A stretch of 61,738 nt of DNA from Candidatus Moraniibacteriota bacterium (GCA_030679985.1 JAUXSI010000028.1:1-61738), one strand, 5' to 3'; shown: positions 40,062-50,704, numbered from the stretch's first letter. Program-made: numbers and translations. Notes: generated by a model not told the origin, from the letters alone.

Positions 40062-43000
40062 TTACTGGTCGGAGTCTTTGTCTATCATCATCACGTACAA
40101 AGTCGGGATGACGAAAAGCGTCAGAAAAGAAGAAAGGAATAATCCGAAAATTATGGTCGAGCCCATCGCCAACCAAGTTTCGTTGGAAAGCGTGACGGGC
40201 GTGATGCCGGCGATGGTACAGATGGATGTGATGGAAATCGCTTCCAAGCGCGACTTCCCGGCGTCGACAACCGCTTCGAAAAAAGCGATGCCGGTCCGGA
40301 TATTGAGATTGATCTTATCGACCAAGATGATCGCGTTTTTAACCACGATTCCAAAGAGCGCTACGACCCCGATGAGGGCCGGAAAACTCAGGCTGACCCC
40401 GAACAGCGCCAGGCCGAAAAAAACGCCGATGAGCGCCAACGGGATGGTCACCAACACGATGAAAGTTTTCTTGAAAGAGTTGAACTGGATGACCAGGGTC
40501 GCGATGATCAGGATCAACGCGATGACCATCGCGCGGATGATCGATTGTACCGATTCGGCATTCTGCTCATTTTCCCCGCCATAGGCTATCTCGTAGCCTG
40601 GGGGCAACTTATAATCCTTGATCTTATTTTGGAATTCCGCGACGGCATCAGTAGAAGAGGTTTCCCCGCTCACGCCCGCCGAAAGCAGCACGGCCCGCCG
40701 CTGATTGATGCGGGTTATCTTATCGACTGACGGTTCCAATCTGATTCGCGCGACATCCCGCAAAAAAATCGATTCTCCGGCATTGTTTTTGATCTGCAAG
40801 TTTTGCAAAGCTTCCAGATCGGGAATTTTTCCTTCCCCGAAACGGGCCACGACCTTTATCTCGTCGCCTCCCTTGATTATTTCAGTCACTTCCGTTCCGG
40901 AAATCGCCATCCGTATAGTCGATCCGATGCGTAACGCGTCGATTCCGAGAAGTTCCATCCGGCCGTGATCCAACAAAAAAACATAATCAGCCGGGGAACT
41001 CTTCAATGAAATTTCCGCATCCACGACTCCCGGAACGGAAGATAGGATAGGCTTCAGATCCTGGGCGATGCCATCTAAAACATCCAGATCCTCGCCCAAA
41101 ATCTGCGCTTCAAAAGCCGCTCCGGCTGGCGGACCGCCGCTTAAGGTTTGGACGGTGATGGCCGCTCCCTGGATGTCGGCGATATCCCGTCGGACGACTT
41201 CGGCGAATTCATAGGATTTGAGCGTGCGGTCCTCTTCTTCCTGGAGTTTGATGGTAATCTGGGCCCGATGCGAAGGATTGGCCGAACTGTTTACGAAATT
41301 ACCGCTGAATCCGCCGCTTCCCACGACCGTGGAAAGACTGATGATTTCCGGATAGCCGGCCAACCGTTCTTCCACCTGCGATACGATCTTGCCGGTTTCT
41401 TCCAAGCGCAATCCCACCGGCGCTTCAATATTGATGAACATCAGTTCCGCGTCCGTAACTGGAAAAAATTCACTCTTGACCACCCCCGCGATCGGCAAAG
41501 CGACTGCCGTCAAAAGCAGGACGGTCACGAAAATTACCGTCGCCACCCGCCTTTTTTTCGTAACCAGGATTTTTCTCAGATATTTTTCATAAACCGGAAT
41601 CAACCGGTCAAAACGGATAATGCCGTGGATCAGCCGCGACAAGAACGCGCCGTCCTTATGGTCGCCTTGGGTCCGCAATTTCTCTTTGATCAATCCGTCG
41701 TCGCGCCATTCGCGCTCCATCAATCCGGCATTGGCCAATAATGCAGCTTTCCCTTTCCGGAAATACCAATCCAACATCCAATAGGCTGCGATGGCGCCGG
41801 CGGACATAAGCACGGTCCTGACGACCAGATCAGCGGCATACCAACCGGATATCCCGACAGACGCCGCGAGAGCCAGCCATATGAAAAACATTTTGCGGGT
41901 CAGGCGCACGCGCTCGAGCACCGCCGCCAGCGGATGGTTGATGACCAAGGCTATGGCCAAGGACGCTAAGAGCGTCACCGAAACCGTGATCGGAATGGAA
42001 CGGATATATTCCCCGATGATACCGCTGGCAAAAAGCAACGGCAAAAATGCCCAGACGGTCGTAAGGGTCGTAGTGAACAGGACCACCTTGAAATCGTTCA
42101 ATACCAGCAGAACCGCTTCTTCCGGCGTGAATTTTCCAGTCCGGAGATATTGCTTGGTGGCGCTCACTACGACAATCGCATCATCCACCAAAAGTCCAAG
42201 TGCCAAGATGAGTGAAATCATCGAGAGGAAATTCAAGCTGATCCCGACTTGGAGCATCACGCCGAAAGTCGCGAAAAAAACCAATGGAATCGCCAAGCTT
42301 GCCACCAGTGCCTCCTTGAGTCCGATTACCAGGAACAAAATCGCGAAAACCAAAATGATGGTCAGTATGAAATCATGCACCAGCTGGTCGAAATTCTTCC
42401 TGATTTCTTTGGCCGTATCTATGGTAATGTCATACGTTATGCCGGCCGGAGCGTCTTTGATCATTTCATCCAGCTTCTCTTTCGAAGCGTCCGCCGTCTT
42501 GATGATCGAACCGCCGGTCTTTTTGATTATATCGATATTCACGCTGTCGGCCGGTTTTTCTCCCTGCCGGGAAAAATGGGAGAGGACGGTTTTCTTAATG
42601 GCCCGATCCCGCACCTCCGCCATATCCTTAAGATAAATTATCGCGCCGCCAGCCGTATGGAAAACCGGGATGTTCCCCAAAGCTTCCGCATCGAAAAAAC
42701 GCGCGTCCGTCCGGACGGCATAATTGTAATCATTACCTTGGAAATTGCCGCCCGGAACCTGCGAATTAGCCTCCGCCACGATCCGATTGGCTTCCAGCGG
42801 AGACAAACCGTAGAAAGCCAGTTTTTCCGGATCATAAGCGATTTCAAATTCGCGCTCATCCCCGCCCGAAACCATCACTTCCCGCACGCCGGAAATTTTT
42901 TCCAGCTCCGCTTGGACATCCTCGGCAAAATCGCGCAGAACGAACCCGTCATACGGTCCAGCGATCGAAACGGAAAAAATCGGCGTGTCATCGACTGATA

Positions 43001-43460
43001 TTTCCGCCACGACCGGATCCTCGGCATCCTCGGGTAAATTTTCCCTGGCATCATCGACAGCATCCCGTAATTTCCTGATACTGCCTTCCAGATCAGCCTT
43101 GGCGCTGAATTCCACCGTGATGGACGAAACCGAATTGGAAGAGCTAGATGTGATTTTGTCGATATCCTTAAGGCCCGCAATTTCGGTTTCCAGCTTTTCC
43201 GTCACCAAATCTTCAACATTGGCCGGCGACGCCCCAGGGAAAACCGTCGTCACTATCGCAATCGGAATCTTCACTTCCGGATCGGATTCGACCGGCAAGG
43301 CGATATAGGAATATATTCCCGCACCGGCCAATAGCATTATCAGAAGCAGCACCACCCGGAAATTAGTGACAAAAAAATTCAAAAAACTCTTCCGGAGTTC
43401 CGGCCGGAATTCCAGTTTTTCAAGATATTGGTAATCGGAAGATTTGTTGTTATCAGGCAT
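40062..43460 (-). CDS. RND efflux transporter, AcrB/AcrD/AcrF family
   Basis: GLLVDDAIVV, GIVVKNAIILVD, 1132 aa. Confidence 0.92.
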   Translation of the reverse strand: MPDNNKSSDYQYLEKLEFRPELRKSFLNFFVTNFRVVLLLIMLLAGAGIYSYIALPVESDPEVKIPIAIVTTVFPGASPANVEDLVTEKLETEIAGLKDIDKITSSSSNSVSSITVEFSAKADLEGSIRKLRDAVDDARENLPEDAEDPVVAEISVDDTPIFSVSIAGPYDGFVLRDFAEDVQAELEKISGVREVMVSGGDEREFEIAYDPEKLAFYGLSPLEANRIVAEANSQVPGGNFQGNDYNYAVRTDARFFDAEALGNIPVFHTAGGAIIYLKDMAEVRDRAIKKTVLSHFSRQGEKPADSVNIDIIKKTGGSIIKTADASKEKLDEMIKDAPAGITYDITIDTAKEIRKNFDQLVHDFILTIILVFAILFLVIGLKEALVASLAIPLVFFATFGVMLQVGISLNFLSMISLILALGLLVDDAIVVVSATKQYLRTGKFTPEEAVLLVLNDFKVVLFTTTLTTVWAFLPLLFASGIIGEYIRSIPITVSVTLLASLAIALVINHPLAAVLERVRLTRKMFFIWLALAASVGISGWYAADLVVRTVLMSAGAIAAYWMLDWYFRKGKAALLANAGLMEREWRDDGLIKEKLRTQGDHKDGAFLSRLIHGIIRFDRLIPVYEKYLRKILVTKKRRVATVIFVTVLLLTAVALPIAGVVKSEFFPVTDAELMFINIEAPVGLRLEETGKIVSQVEERLAGYPEIISLSTVVGSGGFSGNFVNSSANPSHRAQITIKLQEEEDRTLKSYEFAEVVRRDIADIQGAAITVQTLSGGPPAGAAFEAQILGEDLDVLDGIAQDLKPILSSVPGVVDAEISLKSSPADYVFLLDHGRMELLGIDALRIGSTIRMAISGTEVTEIIKGGDEIKVVARFGEGKIPDLEALQNLQIKNNAGESIFLRDVARIRLEPSVDKITRINQRRAVLLSAGVSGETSSTDAVAEFQNKIKDYKLPPGYEIAYGGENEQNAESVQSIIRAMVIALILIIATLVIQFNSFKKTFIVLVTIPLALIGVFFGLALFGVSLSFPALIGVVALFGIVVKNAIILVDKINLNIRTGIAFFEAVVDAGKSRLEAISITSICTIAGITPVTLSNETWLAMGSTIIFGLFLSSFLTLFVIPTLYVMMIDKDSDQ

Positions 43461-43461
43461 A

Positions 43462-44550
43462 TTATTGCGTGACTATCTTATCCCCATCCTGGACTAGCCG
43501 GCTTCCATCGATGATGATCAGGCTTCCGGCCGCCAGATCCGTCCGCACCTCGGCGTTTTCCCCGAAAATTTTCACGATTTCCGCCGGATTTTTCTTGGCT
43601 TGCCCGTCTTCCGCCACGAACAGATACGTTTCATTCTGTCCGACCGTCACGGCGGAAAGCGGCAAAATTATCAAATCATCACCCGCGGCTTCCCGCCGGG
43701 CATCGACAAAAACATCGACAACCGTTCCGATAGCCAAAGCGCCAGGCCCGGACGGCACCGCCTCCACCAAAAATCTCTTCGTCGCCGCATCAGCTTGGAT
43801 GGAAACATTGGCGATTTTAGCTGGGGCTTCCTTGCCGCCGCTATCGACAACCACGTTATCCCCCACTTTCACATTCGCCAAGCCTTCCTGGCTCACATAA
43901 AACTTGACTTTGATCTTCTCCGGCCGGGAAACGGTTGCCAAAATTTGTCCGGCCGAAATCGAACCGCCGACCGCGATGTTTTTTGCGGTCACGTAACCAG
44001 TGATCGGCGCCTTGACCAAGCGATTGTCCACCGCCGCGTCCAGCGCGATTTGCGCGTTTTGCTTTTGCAACTTGGCGATGTCTTTGGCAGTCTTATTGTC
44101 CTTCGTGTCATCCTTGTCATAATTCCGCTTAGCCTGGTCATAAGCCTCATCGGATTGCTTGAGCGCGTTTTCCAATTGCTGGATCTGGCCGTTAGCGAAT
44201 CCTTCCTTGCCTACACCCGCTAATCCGGCCGGATCATCGATCCGGACCAAAACTTTTCCGCGCCCCACTTGGTCGCCCAAACGGAAATCCACCGCGGTCG
44301 CTGTCCCATTTAGGCCAGCTATAATGTTTATTTCCTGATCGCCCGCGACAATCGCCGGATACTTGATCCGATCGCGCGATTCTTTCAAATTTTCGATTTT
44401 TTCAACGCCCACCACGGTCGCTTTCTTTTCCGCGACGAAACCGCCCAGACTTTTTTCACTTTCCCGAAAGACAGCCAAGGTAGCCACCAATCCCATTAAG
44501 ACGATTGAAATAAAAACCTTCCGTTTATTTTCTCCGATTATCCTCATCAT
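43462..44550 (-). CDS. RND periplasmic adaptor subunit
   Basis: VKAPITGYV, lipoyl-like halves; adjacent to RND. Confidence 0.88.
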   Translation of the reverse strand: MMRIIGENKRKVFISIVLMGLVATLAVFRESEKSLGGFVAEKKATVVGVEKIENLKESRDRIKYPAIVAGDQEINIIAGLNGTATAVDFRLGDQVGRGKVLVRIDDPAGLAGVGKEGFANGQIQQLENALKQSDEAYDQAKRNYDKDDTKDNKTAKDIAKLQKQNAQIALDAAVDNRLVKAPITGYVTAKNIAVGGSISAGQILATVSRPEKIKVKFYVSQEGLANVKVGDNVVVDSGGKEAPAKIANVSIQADAATKRFLVEAVPSGPGALAIGTVVDVFVDARREAAGDDLIILPLSAVTVGQNETYLFVAEDGQAKKNPAEIVKIFGENAEVRTDLAAGSLIIIDGSRLVQDGDKIVTQ

Positions 44551-44675
44551 ATTTTTATGGATTATTCTTTAAAAAATCATCTGGCTATCCTACCATCAAA
44601 AGTCGCGCTAGTCAAGGATTAAACGGAGTCGGAAGCCCGCCCATATCGCTATCCGAAGCGCTTATGAAACAAAAA

Positions 44676-44701
44676 GAATAGGGTCCCGATGGACCCTATT
44701 C
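44676..44701 (-). terminator. Intrinsic terminator after metK
   Basis: GAATAGGGTCC/GGACCCTATTC stem followed by T-run on minus strand. Confidence 0.75.
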
Positions 44702-44725
44702 CTATGCGCTATATTTACTGCGAAG

Positions 44726-45772
44726 CTAGATTTTTTCCCACGGCAAGCTTTCCTTCCCGAAATGTCCATACGCCGCCGTTTCTTGGAAGATTGGCAACCG
44801 AAGGCCCAAAGTTTCGATGATCGCTTGCGGACGGAAATCGAAATTCTTTTTGACGATTTCCGCCAAGCTCTCCCCTTTTTCATTAAGTGCCTCCACCATC
44901 AGCGGTTCAGCTTTGCCGATAGCATAGGCCACGCTCACCAAACATTCCTTGGCAAGGCCTTGGGCCACCATTTGTTTGGCCACATAGCGGGCCATATAAG
45001 CGGCGCTGCGATCAACCTTGGTCGAATCCTTGCCGGAAAAAGCCCCGCCGCCGTGCGGCACCAATCCGCAATACGTGTCCACCATGATTTTCCGGCCGGT
45101 CAATCCCGTATCCGCTTCGAATCCGCCTTGGACGAAATTGCCGGTCGGATTGACCAGAATTTCAATTCCGGAAATGTCCCCGATCACCGGGATGATGACA
45201 CCTTCGATGATTTGCTGGCGGATCTGGGCGCTGTCGATGGACTTGTCATGCTGGCAACTCACCAGCACGGAAGATATTTTTCCGTCATGGACGCTGATTT
45301 GCGTTTTCCCATCCGGACGCATCCAGGCGAAATCCGCGTCATTATTCCTCAGCTCTTCCATTTTTTTCGCCAGCGCATGCACCTTCACGACCGACTCCGG
45401 CATAAATTCCTCCGTTTCGTCCGTCGCGTAGCCATACATTATCCCCTGGTCTCCCGCGCCGCCCGTATCGACTCCCTGGGCGATATCCGGCGATTGCTTG
45501 ACGATCCGCACTGAGATATCCAAATCCTGGTCATAACCGATTTTTTTATATACCTCCCGCGCTATCTTCTCAAAATCGACATCCGCCTTAGTCGTCACTT
45601 CCCCGCCGATGACCAGCGTGCCGTGGCCGCCGAAAGTTTCCACTGCCACGCGGCTCATCGGATCCGCCTTGAGGCAAGCGTCCAAGATAGCATCGGAAAT
45701 CTGGTCACAGACTTTGTCGGGATGGCCGGCCGTGACGCTCTCTACCGTATAAGTTTTTGGTTTATAGAACAT
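44726..45772 (-). CDS. metK: S-adenosylmethionine synthetase
   Basis: ESVTAGHPDK, GAGDQG, GGGAFSGKD. Confidence 0.97.
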   Translation of the reverse strand: MFYKPKTYTVESVTAGHPDKVCDQISDAILDACLKADPMSRVAVETFGGHGTLVIGGEVTTKADVDFEKIAREVYKKIGYDQDLDISVRIVKQSPDIAQGVDTGGAGDQGIMYGYATDETEEFMPESVVKVHALAKKMEELRNNDADFAWMRPDGKTQISVHDGKISSVLVSCQHDKSIDSAQIRQQIIEGVIIPVIGDISGIEILVNPTGNFVQGGFEADTGLTGRKIMVDTYCGLVPHGGGAFSGKDSTKVDRSAAYMARYVAKQMVAQGLAKECLVSVAYAIGKAEPLMVEALNEKGESLAEIVKKNFDFRPQAIIETLGLRLPIFQETAAYGHFGKESLPWEKI

Positions 45773-45796
45773 AGTTTTAGCTGGTTTTAAAAATTA

Positions 45797-45972
45797 AAAA
45801 ATCCCTTTGCCGAAAAGAGATCTGAAATCGACCATTTATCTCTTCTCGGAAATTACCGGCACGCGATGCGCCGATAAATCGAGCTGGAAGGGGCACCCTT
45901 TCCTGGAAGTCACTCCAAGATGGTTGCCGGATGGGTCGTCGAGCCAGTGCTCTGCCATCACTCTTGATAAAT
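45797..45972 (-). promoter_or_regulatory. SAM-I riboswitch with terminator
   Basis: TTATCAAGAG...CTGG...CGGCAACC...GGTGCC...AGATAA; terminator ATCTCTTTTCGGCAAAGGGAT-TTTT; upstream of metK. Confidence 0.9.
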
Positions 45973-46410
45973 ACCTTATTCGATTGTTTTTTGATTATAG
46001 CATGGTTTCAAAGAATGCAACAGCCAAGCCGGCTGGTCGAAAAACGCAGGAAAAAAGCCCCGCCAGGAAATCGGGACTTTTTTTTCTGCGCTCTTTCCGC
46101 GACTATTTTCAATAACCGGCTTATGGATATAAGTGTACTACCTTGGCCTGGAATTCCGTTTAAAGAAAAAATAATCCTTGCGTTTAGAAATAATTTATCC
46201 CGAATTTATGGCCGATAAGTTTGCTTTATTCCGGTTATTAATTTAAAATATAAGGGACGCTTTGGTATGGAACTGGGCGCCGGATGCGCATTTTTTAACT
46301 CCGGAGCGGAATCAGTCTGCGCTCCATTGCCGGTACCTCGTTTGCTTTTTTTAAAATGGAACCGTCCTGCCTTTTTATTAATTAAAATCGGATTGAAATT
46401 CAAACTGATT

Positions 46411-47079
46411 ATGAAAATTCTTATTATCGAAGACAATGAGGATATCGCCGAATCACTGAAGATGAGCCTGGAAGAACATTGCTTCGCCGTGGATGTCGCC
46501 AAAGACGGGGAAAGCGGCGCCTATCTGGCCAAAACCAACAACTACGACCTCATCATCCTGGATTACGTCCTTCCGAAAAAAGACGGCTACCAGGTCTGCA
46601 AGGAGATACGCGAAAGGAAAAGCGACGTATATATCATCGCTATGTCGGTCAAAACGGATGTTGAAACGAAAGTCGATCTCTTGGAAACAGGGGCTGATGA
46701 TTATATCATCAAGCCTTTTTCTTTTTCCGAAGTCCTAGCCAGGATCAATGCCCTGCTCAGGCGGTCGCGGGACATCAAACCGCCTATCATCAAATTCGAT
46801 GATTTCACCCTGGACACCCGGAATTATTCCGTAAAAAAAGGCGACGAGGAAATATATCTGACCCGCAAAGAAGCGATGATACTGGAAACCCTGGCAAAAA
46901 ACAAGGGTCGGATAGTTTCCCGATCGATGATTTTCGAAGAAGTCTATGACACCAACGCCGATTTCCTTTCCAACGCCATCGAAATGCACATCCGCAACCT
47001 GAGGAAAAAATTAGGCGGCAAAAAAGACGCGACATCCATAAAAACGTTCCCGGGACGCGGTTATATGATCGAAGGATAA
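46411..47079 (+). CDS. OmpR/PhoB-family response regulator
   Basis: IIED, LD(YVLP), GADDYIIKPF, winged HTH ending GRGY. Confidence 0.93.
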   Translation: MKILIIEDNEDIAESLKMSLEEHCFAVDVAKDGESGAYLAKTNNYDLIILDYVLPKKDGYQVCKEIRERKSDVYIIAMSVKTDVETKVDLLETGADDYIIKPFSFSEVLARINALLRRSRDIKPPIIKFDDFTLDTRNYSVKKGDEEIYLTRKEAMILETLAKNKGRIVSRSMIFEEVYDTNADFLSNAIEMHIRNLRKKLGGKKDATSIKTFPGRGYMIEG

Positions 47080-47125
47080 GGACTGCCATCCATCATTATC
47101 CTTTCTTTAACTTAAATTTATCCGG

Positions 47126-47153
47126 TTGACTTATACTGGAATAGTGTTGTAAT
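47126..47153 (+). promoter_or_regulatory. Putative promoter of peptide gene
   Basis: TTGACT-16-TGTAAT with TG extension. Confidence 0.55.
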
Positions 47154-47220
47154 TCGAGTCTTATTAAAAGGTCGGGAAGACTCAGACGTTTTACGCACAA
47201 TAAACAATAACACCAAAAAA

Positions 47221-47340
47221 ATGGATAAACTTATCAAAGAAATCCTTACCAAGAAAGCGACCCGTAACAGCGCGGCCTTAGTCGCCCTGATTGCGGCAGT
47301 GATGGTCGCAGGATCACCATGGAACGCGCCACAAATCTAG
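47221..47340 (+). CDS. 39-aa putative signal/precursor peptide MDKLIKEILTKKATRNSAALVALIAAVMVAGSPWNAPQI (ComX-like)
   Basis: Clean ORF with A-rich leader, own promoter and terminator; single Trp near C-terminus; lies between RR and HK next to a prenyltransferase. Confidence 0.75.
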   Translation: MDKLIKEILTKKATRNSAALVALIAAVMVAGSPWNAPQI

Positions 47341-47363
47341 TCGCCGGAAACGATCGCACACAT

Positions 47364-47400
47364 TAGCCGGCTGATGCGGTTTGTCGGCCGGCTATTTTTT
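47364..47400 (+). terminator. Intrinsic terminator after peptide gene
   Basis: TAGCCGGCTGA...TCGGCCGGCTA + TTTTTT. Confidence 0.75.
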
Positions 47401-47419
47401 AACCCTATCGGAAACGCCT

Positions 47420-48835
47420 ATGTTTGGAAAAATAATCGTTTTTTTAAAAAAAACCGTCACGCCCGTTTCGTCCGACGAAGACAAAGCGCGGCGGGAATTC
47501 ATCGCCAATATTCTTTTATTATCAAGTATCTTCTTGATATTTGCAGCTTTCATCGCAAATTTAATATATCAACTTGGAAACACCCAGCCATCACTAGCCG
47601 CTAAATTCATCTTGATACCATTCTTCCTTTTGGTTGCGCTATACGTTCTTTCTCGCAAGGGGTATTTTTATTATTCTTCGTTTCTTCTTTTATTCACACT
47701 TTTTTTGTTTGCCAGCGCCATGGGATATTATTGGGGCGTAGATTTGGAAGTTGAACTTTTCATATATGTCCTCGTTGTAGTGATGTCTGGAATACTGATC
47801 AGTGCCCGCGCTTCTTTCGTGGCAATGTGTTGCGTAAATGCCTTTCTTATTATTACTGGATTTCTACACGGCACCCAAACAGTTATTCCGGATAGATCAT
47901 GGAGAACTGCTGAGCTTTGGGATTTTGGAGAAATATCGATGACTTCCGTAATCTTTCTTACTATCGCTACCGTTTCCTGGCTTTCCAACCGTGAAATCGA
48001 AAAATCCCTGCGCAGAGCCCGCCGATCGGAAGCGGAACTGAGAAAAGAACGTGATTCCCTGGAAATCACCGTGGAAAAAAGGACGCGCGAACTCAAAGAG
48101 GTGCAATTGGCGGAAATGGCCCATCTCTACCGCTTCGCGGAATTCGGCCGCCTCTCCGCAGGGCTCTTCCATGACCTGATAAATCCGCTCAATGCCGTAT
48201 CGCTCAATATGGAAAAAGTCAAAATCCGGGATTGCTATAAAAACGAAGTGGACGAAGCCAAAAACTATCTGGACAAATCCATCGTGGCGGTCAGAAAAAT
48301 GCAAGATTTCGTAGCGGCGGTCAGAAAACAAATATCCCACCAAGCGGAAGACAAATCATCCATTCCCCTGCACGAAGAAATCCGCCAGGTAGTGGATATA
48401 TTGGCCCACAAGGCTTTGCAGAACGACATCGAAATCAAATTTTCATTTTCTAGCGATATCAACATCTTCGGCAATGCGATCAAATTCAACCAGGTGGCGA
48501 TGAATCTCGTAAACAACGCGATAGACGCTTATAGCGGTTTTGACGGAAAATTCGACGCGAAAAATAAAACCCGCGAAGTTTCCATCACTCTGGACGAAGA
48601 GGACGGCGTGGTAAGTCTGGTCGTCCAAGACAACGGCGCCGGCATCTCCGAAAACAATATGCGCCGGATATTCGAACCTTTTTTCAGCACCAAAAATTCC
48701 AATAAAGGCGCCGGCATCGGCCTCTCATTGGTGAAAAGGATCGTCGAAGAGGATTTCAACGGCACGATATCCGTCGAAAGCCGGGAGAATATCGGCACTA
48801 AATTCACCGTTAAATTCAATAAAATAAAAAAATGA
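47420..48835 (+). CDS. Membrane histidine kinase (~6 TM sensor, HisKA, HATPase)
   Basis: GLFHDLINPL, NLVNNAIDA, DNGAGI, FEPFFSTK, GIGLS. Confidence 0.93.
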   Translation: MFGKIIVFLKKTVTPVSSDEDKARREFIANILLLSSIFLIFAAFIANLIYQLGNTQPSLAAKFILIPFFLLVALYVLSRKGYFYYSSFLLLFTLFLFASAMGYYWGVDLEVELFIYVLVVVMSGILISARASFVAMCCVNAFLIITGFLHGTQTVIPDRSWRTAELWDFGEISMTSVIFLTIATVSWLSNREIEKSLRRARRSEAELRKERDSLEITVEKRTRELKEVQLAEMAHLYRFAEFGRLSAGLFHDLINPLNAVSLNMEKVKIRDCYKNEVDEAKNYLDKSIVAVRKMQDFVAAVRKQISHQAEDKSSIPLHEEIRQVVDILAHKALQNDIEIKFSFSSDINIFGNAIKFNQVAMNLVNNAIDAYSGFDGKFDAKNKTREVSITLDEEDGVVSLVVQDNGAGISENNMRRIFEPFFSTKNSNKGAGIGLSLVKRIVEEDFNGTISVESRENIGTKFTVKFNKIKK

Positions 48836-50655
48836 AAGAACTTTATCTCCGCCTCAACAGCCGTCAACAAGAAGATGGCAGCTTCTTGGATGCTGCCGGT
48901 TCCCCATCGATATTACATACCGCATTGATCCTGTCAGCCCTGGAAAAATCCGGACAAGACCCGCTGATCGAAAAAATCAGGGACAAGGCCGCCAGATTCC
49001 TTCTGTCCAGAAAAGATGCCGATTGGAAATTCTCCCCGGAAACCGGCCTCAACTTCTTCGCCCTAGCAGCTTTGGCGGCTTATGACAAAAATCTGCTAGA
49101 TGGAGAAGCGATGGCTAAAATCCTGATCGATCTGACCTCGCTGGAAAGCCAGGAGGGCGGTCCGTATTTTTCACGAGCTGAAGACCGGAGCATCGACCTA
49201 GCAACCAATGCCGGCATCGCGAACTTCCTGTCAGAAGAAGGAGTGGAATTGCCGGAACTGACGAAGTTATTCGAAAACGCCATCCGAACGAAAAATTTCA
49301 AATCTTCTTTTTTCACCTCGGACTATCCGGCCATCTATTTGATTTCAAAGATCTGCCCGGAAGGCCGCAAGCAGGAATTCATAAATTTCATCTTGGAAAA
49401 AAATAACCGGGAAAGGGGCGTTGCCAGCCTATTGGAAACCGTCTTGGCGCTGAACGCGCTTTTGAATTTAGGCCATCAGGGCGAGGAAGCGCAAGACATC
49501 CTGAACTATCTGGAAAATTCAACTGAGCGACTGGATTCCACCTACCCATTCTATGTGGATGGGAACGGCCTGCCGGTGGACAGTACGGCCGATTTGAACG
49601 GGGCATTGTATCTGGAAGCTTTGCGCAAAAAAGAATCTCCCTCCCGCCAAAATCAAAACGGACCGGTCGCGGATCTGGACGGCCCGGAAAAAGAAATGTT
49701 GGAATCGATTTTGGCAACCGCCGAAAAAAGGTTCGCCCATCTTCCTGCAGAAGTCCAAAAACTGGCCGGACGCGAAATCAGAAAAACCATCAGCGGAAAC
49801 CGCGACAACCAGATGTCGCTTATGGCCTATTATATGAAAAAATCCCTGGGCGAAAAGGCGGCAGGAATTCCCGATTCCCTGGTAGCCGAAATGGGATTGG
49901 CCAACGTATTTTTCTGGACGGCCTTCATCATCTATGACGATTTCTGGGACGAAGACGAAGCGGCCGATACTGCCGTCTTGCCGGTGGCTAACCTATACGC
50001 CCGCAGTTATGTCGATTTTTTCAACTTCGTCCTGCCAGCGGAAACCGGCTTTAACGAATTTTTTCACGGGCTTATGGACGGTTCGGACGCGGCCAATACT
50101 TGGGAAAACCTCCATTGCCGCACGAAAGTCGAGGGCTCAAAATTTTTCATCCCTAAAAACTTGCCTGATTACGGGGATTACGACCTCAAATACCGTCCGG
50201 CTTCCGGCCAGATATTAGGACCGGTGGCGATGCTGGTCCGGTTGGGCTATGGATTGGAATCCCCCGAAGTGACGAACCTGGTCGCCTATTTCAAAAACTA
50301 TCTGATCGCGATGCAATTGAATGACGACGCGCACGACTGGGAAGAAGATATGAAGCGGGGCCACCTGAGCACGGTCGTCACTTTGCTCCTGAAAGATCTG
50401 GATTGGCCGGAAGATTCCATCGACCTGGAAACCGACCTGGAAGAACTGCGGAAGGTTTTCTGGTTCAAAACGATCGGCAAAGCGGCCCAGGCAGCCGCTT
50501 CCTACGCGGAAAAATCGCGGCAAGCCCTTGCCGCGATAACCATTCTGGAAAATGCGGCGCCTCTGGAAAAAATCATCAACGCCACGGAAAGCGTCGCCCG
50601 CAAAGCCCTGAAGGAACAGGCAGACACCGTCAGTTTTTTGCAAACATACCATTGA
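48832..50655 (+). CDS. Fusion: prenyltransferase/squalene-cyclase-like repeats + class I isoprenoid synthase (ComQ-like) domain
   Basis: QQEDGSF QW-like repeat at N-terminus; YDDFWD and QLNDDAHD aspartate-rich motifs; ATGA overlap with HK. Confidence 0.75.
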   Translation: MKELYLRLNSRQQEDGSFLDAAGSPSILHTALILSALEKSGQDPLIEKIRDKAARFLLSRKDADWKFSPETGLNFFALAALAAYDKNLLDGEAMAKILIDLTSLESQEGGPYFSRAEDRSIDLATNAGIANFLSEEGVELPELTKLFENAIRTKNFKSSFFTSDYPAIYLISKICPEGRKQEFINFILEKNNRERGVASLLETVLALNALLNLGHQGEEAQDILNYLENSTERLDSTYPFYVDGNGLPVDSTADLNGALYLEALRKKESPSRQNQNGPVADLDGPEKEMLESILATAEKRFAHLPAEVQKLAGREIRKTISGNRDNQMSLMAYYMKKSLGEKAAGIPDSLVAEMGLANVFFWTAFIIYDDFWDEDEAADTAVLPVANLYARSYVDFFNFVLPAETGFNEFFHGLMDGSDAANTWENLHCRTKVEGSKFFIPKNLPDYGDYDLKYRPASGQILGPVAMLVRLGYGLESPEVTNLVAYFKNYLIAMQLNDDAHDWEEDMKRGHLSTVVTLLLKDLDWPEDSIDLETDLEELRKVFWFKTIGKAAQAAASYAEKSRQALAAITILENAAPLEKIINATESVARKALKEQADTVSFLQTYH

Positions 50656-50704
50656 AAATTCCTGCTGGCGGACGCGATGGAAATTAAGCATTAAACATCC
50701 GACT

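Noticed and set aside
46190..46405. 11-bp-period direct repeats (AATTTAT; TTRAAAT) as response-regulator boxes
   Set aside because: Too short and AT-rich to distinguish from chance by eye
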